A stretch of DNA of 64,000 nucleotides. It comes from a bacterium (GTDB lineage Bacteria; Armatimonadota; Zipacnadia; Zipacnadales; UBA11051). The stretch lies in NCBI GenBank assembly GCA_030604405.1, contig JAUVVY010000006.1:14589-78588 (forward strand), read 5' to 3'. The translations under genes were made by a program, and so were the position numbers. The notes beneath the pieces were generated by a model. It saw nothing but the letters and a program-made list of their open reading frames with translations. It was not told the DNA's origin and did no database searches. Shown one piece after another: positions 1 to 9,355 of the stretch (its first letter is position 1; the number at the start of each line of letters is the position of its first letter).

Positions 1-131
1 TATTCACCAGCCAGCCCGAACTCTGGATGGAAACATCGCCGCCATATTCTACCACACGAACGCCTGGGGCGCACCGACAGGTCACTGCCGCGCTCAGTCG
101 CCTGCACCAAACGCCTCTTGTCGCGACAGCC

Positions 132-899
132 TCATCCAGAGCTACATACCCTCAACGCCAGCGCCGGGTCATTGCTTACTATGTTGTCCACACGCATCAG
201 GTTGAGCTCGGCGAGCCGTTCTTTGTCGTCCACCGTCCACACCCACAAGCCCACTCCGCATTGCCGGCACCTGACGACCAACTCGGGCGTCACATCTGCG
301 TGGGTTACGCTCAAGGCCTGCAAGTTGCCTGCCAGAGCGAGCTTCACCAGTTCGTTGGGTGGCTTTGGCGTCGCTCCCCCGGAGTATATCAGCGCAACAG
401 GCAACTCCGGTCTCAGCTTTCGCGCCTCCACGCACACATCATGGCTGAAACTGCACAGGGAGGCCCACTCATGCGCATCGCACTGGTCAATCACCTCTAT
501 TGCTCGCTGCGTGCACTGGTAGTCCTTTATCTCTACGTACAACATGCCGCGGCCGACATGCGTCTCCAGCACTTCCGCCAGTAGCGGCACCCTTTGGCCG
601 GCGAACTCCGCACCCTTCCAGCTCCCCGCATCGAGCGCCCTGACCTGCTCCAGCGTCATCTCGCCGATGGCGCCGGTTGCGTCCGTCGTTCGGTCCACGG
701 TCGCGTCGTGGATCACGACTATCTCCCCGTCCGCCGTGCCGCGCACATCACACTCGCAGCCGTCAGCGCCGAGCGCGAGGGCTTGCTCGAACGCTACCAG
801 CGTGTTTTCCGGTGCAAACGCCGAGTTCCCCCGGTGAGCCATGACAAGCGGCCGATAGGGCCGGTCTGAGAAAGCGTCCGAGTGCGTACTTGCGCTCAT
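132..899 (-). CDS. Glycerophosphodiester phosphodiesterase (GDPD/UgpQ family)
   Basis: Motifs AHRGNSAFAPENTLVAF, ECDVRGTADGEIVVIHD, YVEIK, SFS, VWTVD, DNIVSNDP. Start trimmed to the ATG at 899. Confidence 0.92.
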   Translation of the reverse strand: MSASTHSDAFSDRPYRPLVMAHRGNSAFAPENTLVAFEQALALGADGCECDVRGTADGEIVVIHDATVDRTTDATGAIGEMTLEQVRALDAGSWKGAEFAGQRVPLLAEVLETHVGRGMLYVEIKDYQCTQRAIEVIDQCDAHEWASLCSFSHDVCVEARKLRPELPVALIYSGGATPKPPNELVKLALAGNLQALSVTHADVTPELVVRCRQCGVGLWVWTVDDKERLAELNLMRVDNIVSNDPALALRVCSSG

Positions 900-992
900 G
901 CGTAACACACACCCCCGTGTCAGTGAACGTGGAACCAGGTTGGCAGTTGATGGGCCGCGTCGTCCCGTCAATGCAAGCTTCTCTGGCCTCGG

Positions 993-2099
993 TCAGGTAA
1001 CCTCCAGAATGGAGCCGGCAATGTGACGCGTCCCGTCATCTATGTTGAAGTAATAAGCAATCAGCATACGATCGTCAGCCATGCGAACAGCCCAGGGATA
1101 GCCGATGTCACCGTTGCCGCCGTCGGTGCGAATGACGAGCTCCCCCGCTTCATTGAGATTCTCGCACTCCGGCTCCAGCAACCGACAGCGGATTCCGAAC
1201 GGCTCCCTGCGATAACCGTACGCCAGTAGAATGCGACCGTCCGGCACTGTGGCAGTCGTAAACGGATGCCCCCACACTTCAGTACGGTCCCATTGCGAGA
1301 AGGTCTTGCCGCCGTCAAGCGAATACGCTACTGCCAGATGCCCGTCCATGTCGGCGGTCCGCATGAACGCCATCAGCTTCCCGCCTGCGGTCATGTGCAG
1401 AGTTGGCTCGCCGAACTTGACGGTTTCATCCGCGGCTATCTCGCTGAAGTATCGCCAGCTCTCTCCGCGGTCATCAGAGCGGTACAGTATCGCGGATCTC
1501 AACGGCCCGGGCTCCGGTGTGCAATACGCCGGCAGTAGCACCGTACCGTCATCCAGCTCGCACATCCGCCCTCTGCAGTACGCACGGTTGGGCGCGCCCG
1601 GAAACCACTGCGGATAGCTCGGCACGGGCTCCAGTGCCACCGGTCCCGACCACGTCTCGCCTCCGTCCTCCGAGCGCACGACGCTCCCGCCCAGGCACAT
1701 CATCCACCAGCCAGTGCCTGACTTCCCGGCACCCTCTACTTCGTACTCCGCCACACCGTCACACAGCAGCTCCCACGAGAAGGTCGAGCAGAGCAGAGTT
1801 CCGTCTGAGAGTTGCGCCAAGCAGGGGTCCTGGTTCCCCGCCCGAGGGTGGATGAATACTGGCGTCGGCTCCTCACTCCACGTTTGGCCGTCGTCATCTG
1901 ACACGACCTGGACGAGCCAGCTATTGGGGTCCGAGTGGGTAACCTCCGCGCCGGGCCTGGTGCGCCGCTCGGGAGCACGCCGGAAAGCGAGAATGAGGCG
2001 ACCATCCGACCGGCAAATCACCGATGGAAACGAAGAATAATACTCCTCATCGCTATATGTGACTATGTCCTGGACCTTGTGCAAATCCATCTGGATCAC
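993..2099 (-). CDS. Sialidase-like (BNR/Asp-box) beta-propeller glycosidase
   Basis: Asp-box repeats SDDDGQTW, SEDGGETW, SDDRGESW, SLDGGKTF; FPSV...FRR and DIGYP motifs. Confidence 0.8.
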   Translation of the reverse strand: MIQMDLHKVQDIVTYSDEEYYSSFPSVICRSDGRLILAFRRAPERRTRPGAEVTHSDPNSWLVQVVSDDDGQTWSEEPTPVFIHPRAGNQDPCLAQLSDGTLLCSTFSWELLCDGVAEYEVEGAGKSGTGWWMMCLGGSVVRSEDGGETWSGPVALEPVPSYPQWFPGAPNRAYCRGRMCELDDGTVLLPAYCTPEPGPLRSAILYRSDDRGESWRYFSEIAADETVKFGEPTLHMTAGGKLMAFMRTADMDGHLAVAYSLDGGKTFSQWDRTEVWGHPFTTATVPDGRILLAYGYRREPFGIRCRLLEPECENLNEAGELVIRTDGGNGDIGYPWAVRMADDRMLIAYYFNIDDGTRHIAGSILEVT

Positions 2100-2137
2100 T
2101 CACACTCCGGAGGGCATTTGTCAGCATCTGCGGTCTA

Positions 2138-4309
2138 TCAGCCGACCCAGGGAATCGGGGTGACATTCATGAGTTGGAGTTCCGGCACCTCGGTCAGCTC
2201 GCCGGCCTTGGCCTGTGCTCGCACCTCAGCCAGTGCGTCATTGAGCTCCAGCAGGAAGGTTCGGAGCAGCGTCATCTCGCGCAGCATGTGCGGGACCTGG
2301 TAGCTCTCGCGATGCGTCTCGATGTACTCGAACAATTCGTCCATCTGTGCCACCGCCGCCTGCAAAGCCTCATCGCTGCTTGCCAGCGTCTCGACGGCGG
2401 CTGCGATCTCTTCAGTTCCGGCGCCGGCTTCGAGGTTGCGATAGGCTTTGATTATTCCCGCCGCGCTGTTGAAGCAGGCGGCCATGGTCTTGATGCGCTT
2501 GAGTTCGACGGCGTAGATGTGCCGCAGCGATGCATCCTTCCACGGCAATTTGTCAAACATGTCCAGCCCGCGATCCGCCTCGGTTATCACGCTGGTCAGC
2601 AGATTCGTGGTCATGTGCGAAGGCTTGCCAGCCATGTGCTCAAGCTGGGGGCGTGGATAGTTGTCGCGCGCGGTCGCTTGCTCCCGCGTCTGTCCATAGT
2701 CGTAACTATAGCGGAACAGGCTGGAGATAAGTCCCAGGGCGGGCGGGCTGTCAACGAGGCTGCCGAATATTCGCAGTCCCTCCAGGCCCTCCTGCCAGTT
2801 GTCACCGAATAGGCTCCGGGCATATTTTTTCAGGAAATCCTCTATTTCGCCGCCGCCGTCGTGATTCCAGCTCCATTCGCTCTGAGCTGCAAAATGGCGG
2901 TGGAAGGCCGGATCGAAGACGCCGTAACTCTCCATGCCTTCGGCATCCTCTTCATGGCCCAGGCGCGCGGCCAGAAAGATATTGTCCAGATGGCCGCGGT
3001 AAGACATCTGATAGTAGTAGCCCGTCATTGGGACCACCCAGCGGCGGAAACCGAGCTCGGGCATCGTGGTGTCGAAAAAGCTGCGGTAGCGCCACCACTC
3101 GAGGATAATGTCGTCGCGCACGCCGGCAGCCTCAAGATTGGCGGTCAGTTCCTCGTTCATACTGCCGCCGCGGACAAGCTGGTCGTGCCACATACTGATG
3201 TTCTCAATGCCGTTTTCTTTGAGGCGCTTGACTATCGCGCTTATGTATTTCACGTAAAGCTCGGCTTCCGTGAATTTGCTGCACGTAGAGCACTGGCACC
3301 AGGGGCTGATGCGCTCATAGGGGCGGTCGGGGTGCATCCCCGACAACGGATAGACCTCGTCAGCCGCAATGTGATACGATCGTGAACCGTTGGGCAGCAG
3401 ATATTTCTGGCAGATCTCGTCAATTATCTCGAACATTACCTCGTAGGTCCGTGGATTAGTCAGGCAGAAGCCGTAGCCGGTCGGGTTGCCCTCGGCATCA
3501 AGCGCAGAGAGCTCCGGGATCGTCCGGGGTATCAGTGAATTGTGCCCGGGCGTGTTAAAGTGCGGCCGAATCATGACGCCAAGCGAGCTGCCATAGGCCG
3601 CCAGTTCTCCGAAGAAGTCCTCTTCAGCCATCCGCGGGATATAGTCGAGCACCTTGTCCTCGCCATCGCTGGCTGAATAGTACTCAATGTGCTGCGGACT
3701 TTTCAGCTCCGGGTGGCTCTCGAGGTTGAGCATCATCCATTCGGAGACCTGGCCGTGATACTGCATCGGCCAGCAGTTGTAAACACCCACGGTCAGCACG
3801 TTATATTTCATGTCCACGAGATAGTCCACGGCGTCTTTCCAGTCCTGGAGCGACATCAGGTCCTGGCCCCAGCGCGACTCGGCAAAGAGCCCGCGCCACT
3901 TGCGGTCGGGCCAATCACGGATCGTCAGACCCTCGGCGCCCAGCGCGCCATTACGCTTCTCAATCAGGGCCGCCAAAGTCACAGCGCCCCAAAGCAGGCC
4001 CTGTCCCGCAGAGGCAGTTATCGTCGCCCGCCCACTGGCGATAGTCAACTCATAGGCCTGATCGGCGTTGCTGCTTGCAAAGCCCGTCGCCGCCTCATCA
4101 AGAACGAACCTAATATCAGCCTCGCCCTCGGCGACGCGGCCGCCTGCGGCCTCGATGCCGCGGCTGATGCGAGCAATAGCCGCATCGGCCAATTCGCCCT
4201 CACCATCCGGTGCGGCGATGCCGACTACACCCTGGCCGTCGCCCAGGGTAACGAAAACGTCACTCCACTTCATCTCTTTTGGTTGCGGAAAGATTACAGG
4301 TTTGTCCAT
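2138..4309 (-). CDS. GH20-like beta-N-acetylhexosaminidase family protein
   Basis: N-terminal PQPKE and EAYxL-type domain, IRDWPDRKWRG, NTPGH, catalytic-like HIAADE. GGAG RBS before ATG 4309. Confidence 0.78.
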   Translation of the reverse strand: MDKPVIFPQPKEMKWSDVFVTLGDGQGVVGIAAPDGEGELADAAIARISRGIEAAGGRVAEGEADIRFVLDEAATGFASSNADQAYELTIASGRATITASAGQGLLWGAVTLAALIEKRNGALGAEGLTIRDWPDRKWRGLFAESRWGQDLMSLQDWKDAVDYLVDMKYNVLTVGVYNCWPMQYHGQVSEWMMLNLESHPELKSPQHIEYYSASDGEDKVLDYIPRMAEEDFFGELAAYGSSLGVMIRPHFNTPGHNSLIPRTIPELSALDAEGNPTGYGFCLTNPRTYEVMFEIIDEICQKYLLPNGSRSYHIAADEVYPLSGMHPDRPYERISPWCQCSTCSKFTEAELYVKYISAIVKRLKENGIENISMWHDQLVRGGSMNEELTANLEAAGVRDDIILEWWRYRSFFDTTMPELGFRRWVVPMTGYYYQMSYRGHLDNIFLAARLGHEEDAEGMESYGVFDPAFHRHFAAQSEWSWNHDGGGEIEDFLKKYARSLFGDNWQEGLEGLRIFGSLVDSPPALGLISSLFRYSYDYGQTREQATARDNYPRPQLEHMAGKPSHMTTNLLTSVITEADRGLDMFDKLPWKDASLRHIYAVELKRIKTMAACFNSAAGIIKAYRNLEAGAGTEEIAAAVETLASSDEALQAAVAQMDELFEYIETHRESYQVPHMLREMTLLRTFLLELNDALAEVRAQAKAGELTEVPELQLMNVTPIPWVG

Positions 4310-4491
4310 AGTTGTTCTCCTCTTTCCTGGACACACTGATTCAATACCGACAGATGCCACTAATGACCGGCCATGGCGGCGCCTTCCCCGCATAACAAGC
4401 CCACACACCTCAGCAGCGGACCTACCACCGTAGCGATAAATTCTTCGCCGCCAGTCAGTTGATTTCCTCCTTGGAACGACCTGCGACAGGG

Positions 4492-4521
4492 CAAAGCCGG
4501 ACGCAGATGCGTCCGGCTTTG
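4492..4521 (-). terminator. Perfect 13-bp hairpin, probable terminator of the 4551-6722 gene
   Basis: caaagccggacgc-agat-gcgtccggctttg, about 30 nt past the stop; the U-tract is short. Confidence 0.6.
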
Positions 4522-4550
4522 TCAGTTCACCGCTGGCGTCTTGGAACCTG

Positions 4551-6722
4551 TTAGAAGTCCATGTGGTATCTCAACTGGCCGGTTATGGTGCCGTCCTCGG
4601 TTGGCATGCCATCCGGGGCGGTCTCGCGATCGAGCGTCAGGCTCAGTCTGCCCAGGTCGCCCCATTTGCGAGAGTAAGTCAGCTTCAACAGCGACCGCGG
4701 CAATGTCTTGCTACGTTTCGGATTGGGCACGAATTCGCCGGAGATGTATGAGAGGGCCACCTTGCCACCCCGGTCCTCACTGCCCCCGGTCAGCCTGATG
4801 TCGTAATGCTGATCGACGAGTTCCTCTTCGATATAGTCGCAGTAGCGGACACCGAGCTTGAGATTGACATCGCCGCCGAATATCGTACGGTCCAAGATGG
4901 CATCGTAAACATCGGCTCGTTGGATGGTTTTGCCATCCGGCCCCAGGGAGTTCTGCCCGTAGCCTAGTTGCATGTTCCCGCCGAGGGCGGCAAACGCAAC
5001 ATGCAGGCTGCGGTCGGGGTCAACGCGCCCCTGTTGATCCTGATACCTGAACTGCACCGACCTATCCTTGTCCAAACTGTGCCGGAGTATGACTTCAATG
5101 AACGGATGCTCGTCGTAGCGGTTCAGCTTCTTTTGGTCGTCAAACTCGCTGTACTTGGCGTCGAGTCGGATGCCGGCTTCTTTGCCCATACCAATTTTGA
5201 CCAGGGCTGCAGGCTTGACTGCCTCGCCGTCAACTCCGTGGGCGACGTAGCCGCCACTCAAGGCCAGGCCTGAAGCCTTCTTCGGCGTTTGCTCCAACTC
5301 CAGATGACGCAATATCGTGGGGCCTTTATCAATGACTTCCTGCTCGCTGAAACGGTATTTGAGCGACAGGTTGTCTGTGAAGTCCCAAGTCGTATTGAGC
5401 AGGCGGCTCTCAACAGCCATCTCGGGGCCGTTATCTGTCAACTTCCATTTCGCAGCCATGTCGAGCGGGCGGAAGGGATGCACGTCGAGGGCAAGATCGG
5501 TCACCCTCAGGGTATCTTCCCCGACCGTCTCGGTGGTACTGCGCGAGGCATGGAATTGCCCTATACTGCCAATGCGGAAACTGGGTGTCTTCACTACCAA
5601 CTGCCGCTGCTTCCACTCTCCGTCGTCAGCGTTTGGCTTCGTCTTGACCTGGCGGTGCAGCATCGCGTTTCCGCCACTAATTGGCACACTCAATTCCGTC
5701 TGGAAAGTGTCGGTGGCGATCCCGTCAAGCTCTTGGCTGCTCAGAGTGTGTTTGTGGCCGATGGTCCTGCCACTAATACTGAACGGTAGGCTCAGCACGG
5801 TGGTCTTCTTTTCAGTGAGAGTTGATGCTTTGAGCTTTTCTTCTATCTTGTGCTCAAATGAGCCGGTTTCTCCCAGGAGTTTCAGGGGGCTGAAGAATCG
5901 GGTCAACCTGGTGCGCTTCTCGTTGGCCAACGGCTTATAGAGGGTATGGTGCTCAGCTATGGCCTGCCCCCCGCTGACGGAGAAGGGAGCAACCAGATCT
6001 ACTGTCTGTGTCTTGCCCTCGTTCCCATCTGCGATTGTCCGCGTGGCGGTCAGCGCAAAGGTGCCTGTGCCGCCGGATAGCGGCATTGCAAGGTTGCCGG
6101 AGAAATCCCTGTTCCAGTAGCCGCCCGGCTTGTTGGCCTCGGTGTCGCACAGCTTCATGCTCAGGTCCCAGTCATCGGCCAATTCAGAGTCGAGCGTGTA
6201 CCGCCATTGCGTCATCTTCTCTTCAGGTGCCAAGCCTTCCCGCTTCGAGGTCACCTTGCGCGTAAAGCCGAATGTGGTGGCCGAGGCGCCGCCGCCGAAG
6301 TCCTGCTGGAACCCCATAGTGCTGACTTCGGTTGAGGTGATCAGCATTTCTCGGAAGTCTGTGGTGCTGCTGGCGCTGGTGGCGAAGTTGAGATGCGTCC
6401 CCTCGAAGGGATCCCACTGCAGCCCTGACGACGTAGTCTCCTTGATTCCGACTGCCAACGGCAAGGCCTCGTGCTGGATCGCCTCGCGCGTGAAATTACG
6501 CGTCAAGCCAAAGTTCTCGAAGGGTTCGAACTCAAATTGATAGTGATGGGGGTCCGGGGCCATGGCGCCATCAACCGCCTGGCCGGTCAGGTCGCCGCCC
6601 AGTTGGCGATGTGTAGGCCACAGTGCCTCGAGGAAGATCGGGTCGGCAGCCTGCCCTTGCACGGCAGTTGTAAGCCCTGCAATTGCGGCAATAACTAGTA
6701 TGACTCGCAACAACTTAGTCAC
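4551..6722 (-). CDS. Secreted beta-strand-rich protein, putative outer-membrane beta-barrel/beta-repeat protein
   Basis: AAGGAG RBS then GTG at 6722; signal peptide (TKLLRVILVIAAIAGLTTAVQGQA); amphipathic strands; C-terminus ITGQLRYHMDF ends in Phe. Confidence 0.7.
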   Translation of the reverse strand: MTKLLRVILVIAAIAGLTTAVQGQAADPIFLEALWPTHRQLGGDLTGQAVDGAMAPDPHHYQFEFEPFENFGLTRNFTREAIQHEALPLAVGIKETTSSGLQWDPFEGTHLNFATSASSTTDFREMLITSTEVSTMGFQQDFGGGASATTFGFTRKVTSKREGLAPEEKMTQWRYTLDSELADDWDLSMKLCDTEANKPGGYWNRDFSGNLAMPLSGGTGTFALTATRTIADGNEGKTQTVDLVAPFSVSGGQAIAEHHTLYKPLANEKRTRLTRFFSPLKLLGETGSFEHKIEEKLKASTLTEKKTTVLSLPFSISGRTIGHKHTLSSQELDGIATDTFQTELSVPISGGNAMLHRQVKTKPNADDGEWKQRQLVVKTPSFRIGSIGQFHASRSTTETVGEDTLRVTDLALDVHPFRPLDMAAKWKLTDNGPEMAVESRLLNTTWDFTDNLSLKYRFSEQEVIDKGPTILRHLELEQTPKKASGLALSGGYVAHGVDGEAVKPAALVKIGMGKEAGIRLDAKYSEFDDQKKLNRYDEHPFIEVILRHSLDKDRSVQFRYQDQQGRVDPDRSLHVAFAALGGNMQLGYGQNSLGPDGKTIQRADVYDAILDRTIFGGDVNLKLGVRYCDYIEEELVDQHYDIRLTGGSEDRGGKVALSYISGEFVPNPKRSKTLPRSLLKLTYSRKWGDLGRLSLTLDRETAPDGMPTEDGTITGQLRYHMDF

Positions 6723-6800
6723 CAACCACTGCTCCTTGCCTCTAGAAGTGTGCAAAGAAAACAGCCAGCCTGGTGAACGCATACACTCTTCACCAAGGCT

Positions 6801-6829
6801 ACTATATAACCTAGCAGGCGAACTGTCAA
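6801..6829 (-). promoter_or_regulatory. Sigma70-type promoter TTGACA-17-TATAGT
   Basis: On the minus strand, -35 at 6824-6829 and -10 at 6801-6806 with a 17-nt spacer, about 80 nt before the GTG start. Confidence 0.8.
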
Positions 6830-7122
6830 TAGCAACAAAGAGTTTCTGGCGCTAATGACGCTGACAAGAGGGCTCGTCAGGTCTGCGACTAGTCCCCTCT
6901 TCTCCCAATTCATAGCGAATCTACCCAGTTTAACAGGCTCCCAAACATCTGACCCCAGATGGCCTCAGAGGCCGAATTAGATCTTGCATTCTTTTCCTGC
7001 ATCCCGGCAGGGCAGTGTCGTCGTGCCCACTATAACCTTCGTCCTCTTTGACGGACTCTTGAGCGAATTAGTTTCTGCAAGTTTGAGGCCAGCAGGCCAG
7101 CATCGTGTGGCCTTCACACCGC

Positions 7123-7998
7123 TTATTCGGGACGCGCCTGCCTTTTGCCCCGCCTTCGTTGGCCCCGTGCCTGGCAGACCGGGCAAAAGTATGTGCTGCG
7201 TTGTGCGATCTTGCGCCTGCGGATTACTCCGACACAGCCTGGCACCGGGCAGTTCTGCCCGGCCTTTCCGTACACCCACAGGCATCGTTGGTAGCCGCCG
7301 CTTTGCCCCAAGCCGGTCTGGTACTGGGAATCGCCAAGAGTGGTACCACATGCATCGATCGCTTCCTGCAGAACCTCTCGGGTCACATCTACGATTGTTT
7401 GCATCTCTTTGGCCGTCACACGGTTGGCCGGTGTAGCGGGATGCAGTCCGACACGATACAATATCTCGCTCGCATAAATGTTGCCTATTCCCGCAAGGTG
7501 GCTCTGATCAAGCAGAAATTGCTTGATGCCTACGCTGTGCGCCAGAGCGGCCGCCAGCAGCTCTTCGGCCGACAGGGCCTCCGACAGCGCATCCAGCCCA
7601 ATATTCCGCAGGATAACCGATTCATCGAGTCGGCCGAGGTGCAACAACTCGAGCCGTCCGAAGCGTCGCGGGTCAACATAGATAAGCCGCCTCCCGCTAG
7701 AAAACTCAGCCAGCATGTGCGTGTGCGGTGGCAGCTCGTCATTGTTCTGCACCACCAGGAGTCGGCCAGTCATGCGCAGGTGTACGCCTACAGCAATGTC
7801 GCCTTCGAGGCTCAGCCACATGGCCTTCCCACGCCGGTCGGTGCCGAGCACGCGCTTGCCGCCAACGGCAGCCAGAAAGTCCTGCGGATCGCCGCAGACA
7901 ATGTCAGCGCGCCTCAGCGTAACCTTCTCGATTTTATCGCCAACGAGATGCTTATGCAGGTCACGGCGGATGGTTTCGACTTCCGGGAGTTCTGGCAT
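7123..7998 (-). CDS. mutM: DNA-formamidopyrimidine glycosylase
   Basis: N-terminal MPELPEVE, HLRMTG, DPRRFG, GIGNIYASE, C-terminal zinc finger CPVPGC...RSTYFCPVCQ. Confidence 0.97.
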   Translation of the reverse strand: MPELPEVETIRRDLHKHLVGDKIEKVTLRRADIVCGDPQDFLAAVGGKRVLGTDRRGKAMWLSLEGDIAVGVHLRMTGRLLVVQNNDELPPHTHMLAEFSSGRRLIYVDPRRFGRLELLHLGRLDESVILRNIGLDALSEALSAEELLAAALAHSVGIKQFLLDQSHLAGIGNIYASEILYRVGLHPATPANRVTAKEMQTIVDVTREVLQEAIDACGTTLGDSQYQTGLGQSGGYQRCLWVYGKAGQNCPVPGCVGVIRRRKIAQRSTYFCPVCQARGQRRRGKRQARPE

Positions 7999-8035
7999 CG
8001 TTGTCTATAACCTGTTGGTGGACGTACAGGCTTTT

Positions 8036-8353
8036 TCAGTTATTGTCGTCGTCTTCTTCAGGGGGAGCCATGAAAGGTAACGGCGAGCTTGGTGGTGACT
8101 GCTGCTTTGCGTCACTTGAATCAGGATCGAGGAGCTGCGTGGGACGCTGAGCCTTCATCATCTGCTCACTGTATTCGAAGCCTTCCTGCATGGCGCGGAA
8201 CCGGCGCACAAATACCAGGATCAATACTAGCGGGGCAAGGTAGTATATGAGGATATGGTACCAGAGCGGGTCGTAGCCGAGGAATATGCGCGGCCACCAT
8301 GCGATGATGATGAGCACTATTAGAATCCATTCGACCAGTTCTCTTCTACTCAT
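8036..8353 (-). CDS. Small two-TM membrane protein, unknown function
   Basis: Two hydrophobic segments and an acidic/Pro tail; tightly packed in the folE2-mutM operon. Confidence 0.7.
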   Translation of the reverse strand: MSRRELVEWILIVLIIIAWWPRIFLGYDPLWYHILIYYLAPLVLILVFVRRFRAMQEGFEYSEQMMKAQRPTQLLDPDSSDAKQQSPPSSPLPFMAPPEEDDDNN

Positions 8354-8356
8354 GGC

Positions 8357-9355
8357 TTAGATACCTGCCTCCCCGCTGGGCTCGAGCTGGCGGATAGCTA
8401 TCAGCGTTTCGTAAATGCTGACGCGCAGACAGTCATCGAGCGGCAAGTCCTCGAGCGGACACTGTGGCTGCAACAAGCCGGGGTCAACGTCGCCAGCAGG
8501 CCAGTCGGGGTCCTCGCAGGCCGCTGCCGAACCGAACCGCGCCCGGAATGCATTGATGCGTTTGAGCAGAGCTTCGGCTTCCGCCTCCAGGTTCTGGCTC
8601 TCCATCGCCACCGGATTCGGCGTAGGAGGCTTGCGGCGGATGCGGTCGAGCCATGTGTCCTGTCGCGGGGCCACCAGATATCGCTGCGCTGTCAAGCCGA
8701 TGCCGACATAATTGCGCAGATCCGAGTATATGCAGCCGCGCTCCCAGAAGCTCATCTCCTGGCGCATCGCCTTCAGAGCATTCTCCAGCAAGTCATCCAA
8801 ACTCACCCACAGGTCATCTTCGGGAATACCGTCCTTGCTCGCCGTTTCTGCTTTCTTCGCCCGCCTCTTGTATATCATCTCAAAGGCGATGTTAAGGCTG
8901 TCGCATATCGGACTGCTGGGAAAGCTCTGCAGTTGCCGCACGCGCAGCTCCCAGGCCTTGTGCGGAAACGGGGGCATGAAGCTGGCGTCTCGCGGCACCA
9001 GCCGGAACTTGATACAGCCATTCTCATAGAGCTGAATAAGCGTCGTATAAACGATCTCCTGTGCGAAATCCCGTGGGTCGAGCTCGGTGTCACTGGCCAG
9101 ATCAAATGCCCGGTCGCGTGGGATGGAGCCCAGTGCACGCCGCGTCGCCGGTTTCACGAATTTGCCGGCAAACATATAGACCAGACCATCGTTGGCGATC
9201 TCGCCCTCCGGCTCCACAGGCTCTATATCCTGCTGGTCGGTCTTCGGGTCGGCAACCGGCCGCGGCTTGCTCAAGCCCTGCAACAGCCTGAGCAGTGACC
9301 AGAACGCCCACAGGCCGATGGCCCCTAGCACTAAAACAATTACCACTTGAACCAT
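8357..9355 (-). CDS. Membrane-anchored hypothetical protein
   Basis: N-terminal TM, then a soluble domain of about 280 aa; start abuts the folE2 stop. Confidence 0.75.
   Translation of the reverse strand: MVQVVIVLVLGAIGLWAFWSLLRLLQGLSKPRPVADPKTDQQDIEPVEPEGEIANDGLVYMFAGKFVKPATRRALGSIPRDRAFDLASDTELDPRDFAQEIVYTTLIQLYENGCIKFRLVPRDASFMPPFPHKAWELRVRQLQSFPSSPICDSLNIAFEMIYKRRAKKAETASKDGIPEDDLWVSLDDLLENALKAMRQEMSFWERGCIYSDLRNYVGIGLTAQRYLVAPRQDTWLDRIRRKPPTPNPVAMESQNLEAEAEALLKRINAFRARFGSAAACEDPDWPAGDVDPGLLQPQCPLEDLPLDDCLRVSIYETLIAIRQLEPSGEAGI

Noticed and set aside
4483-4521. acagggcaaa...ggacgca resembling a c-di-GMP-I riboswitch
   Set aside because: The bases form one perfect hairpin after a stop codon; no GNRA/receptor or P1 architecture, and the orientation is wrong for the flanking genes.
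6850-7120. Several short hairpins and 124-150 aa ORFs between mutM and the OMP-like gene
   Set aside because: Stems are short or imperfect, no RNA family motif is recognisable, and the ORFs lack RBS and protein-like composition.
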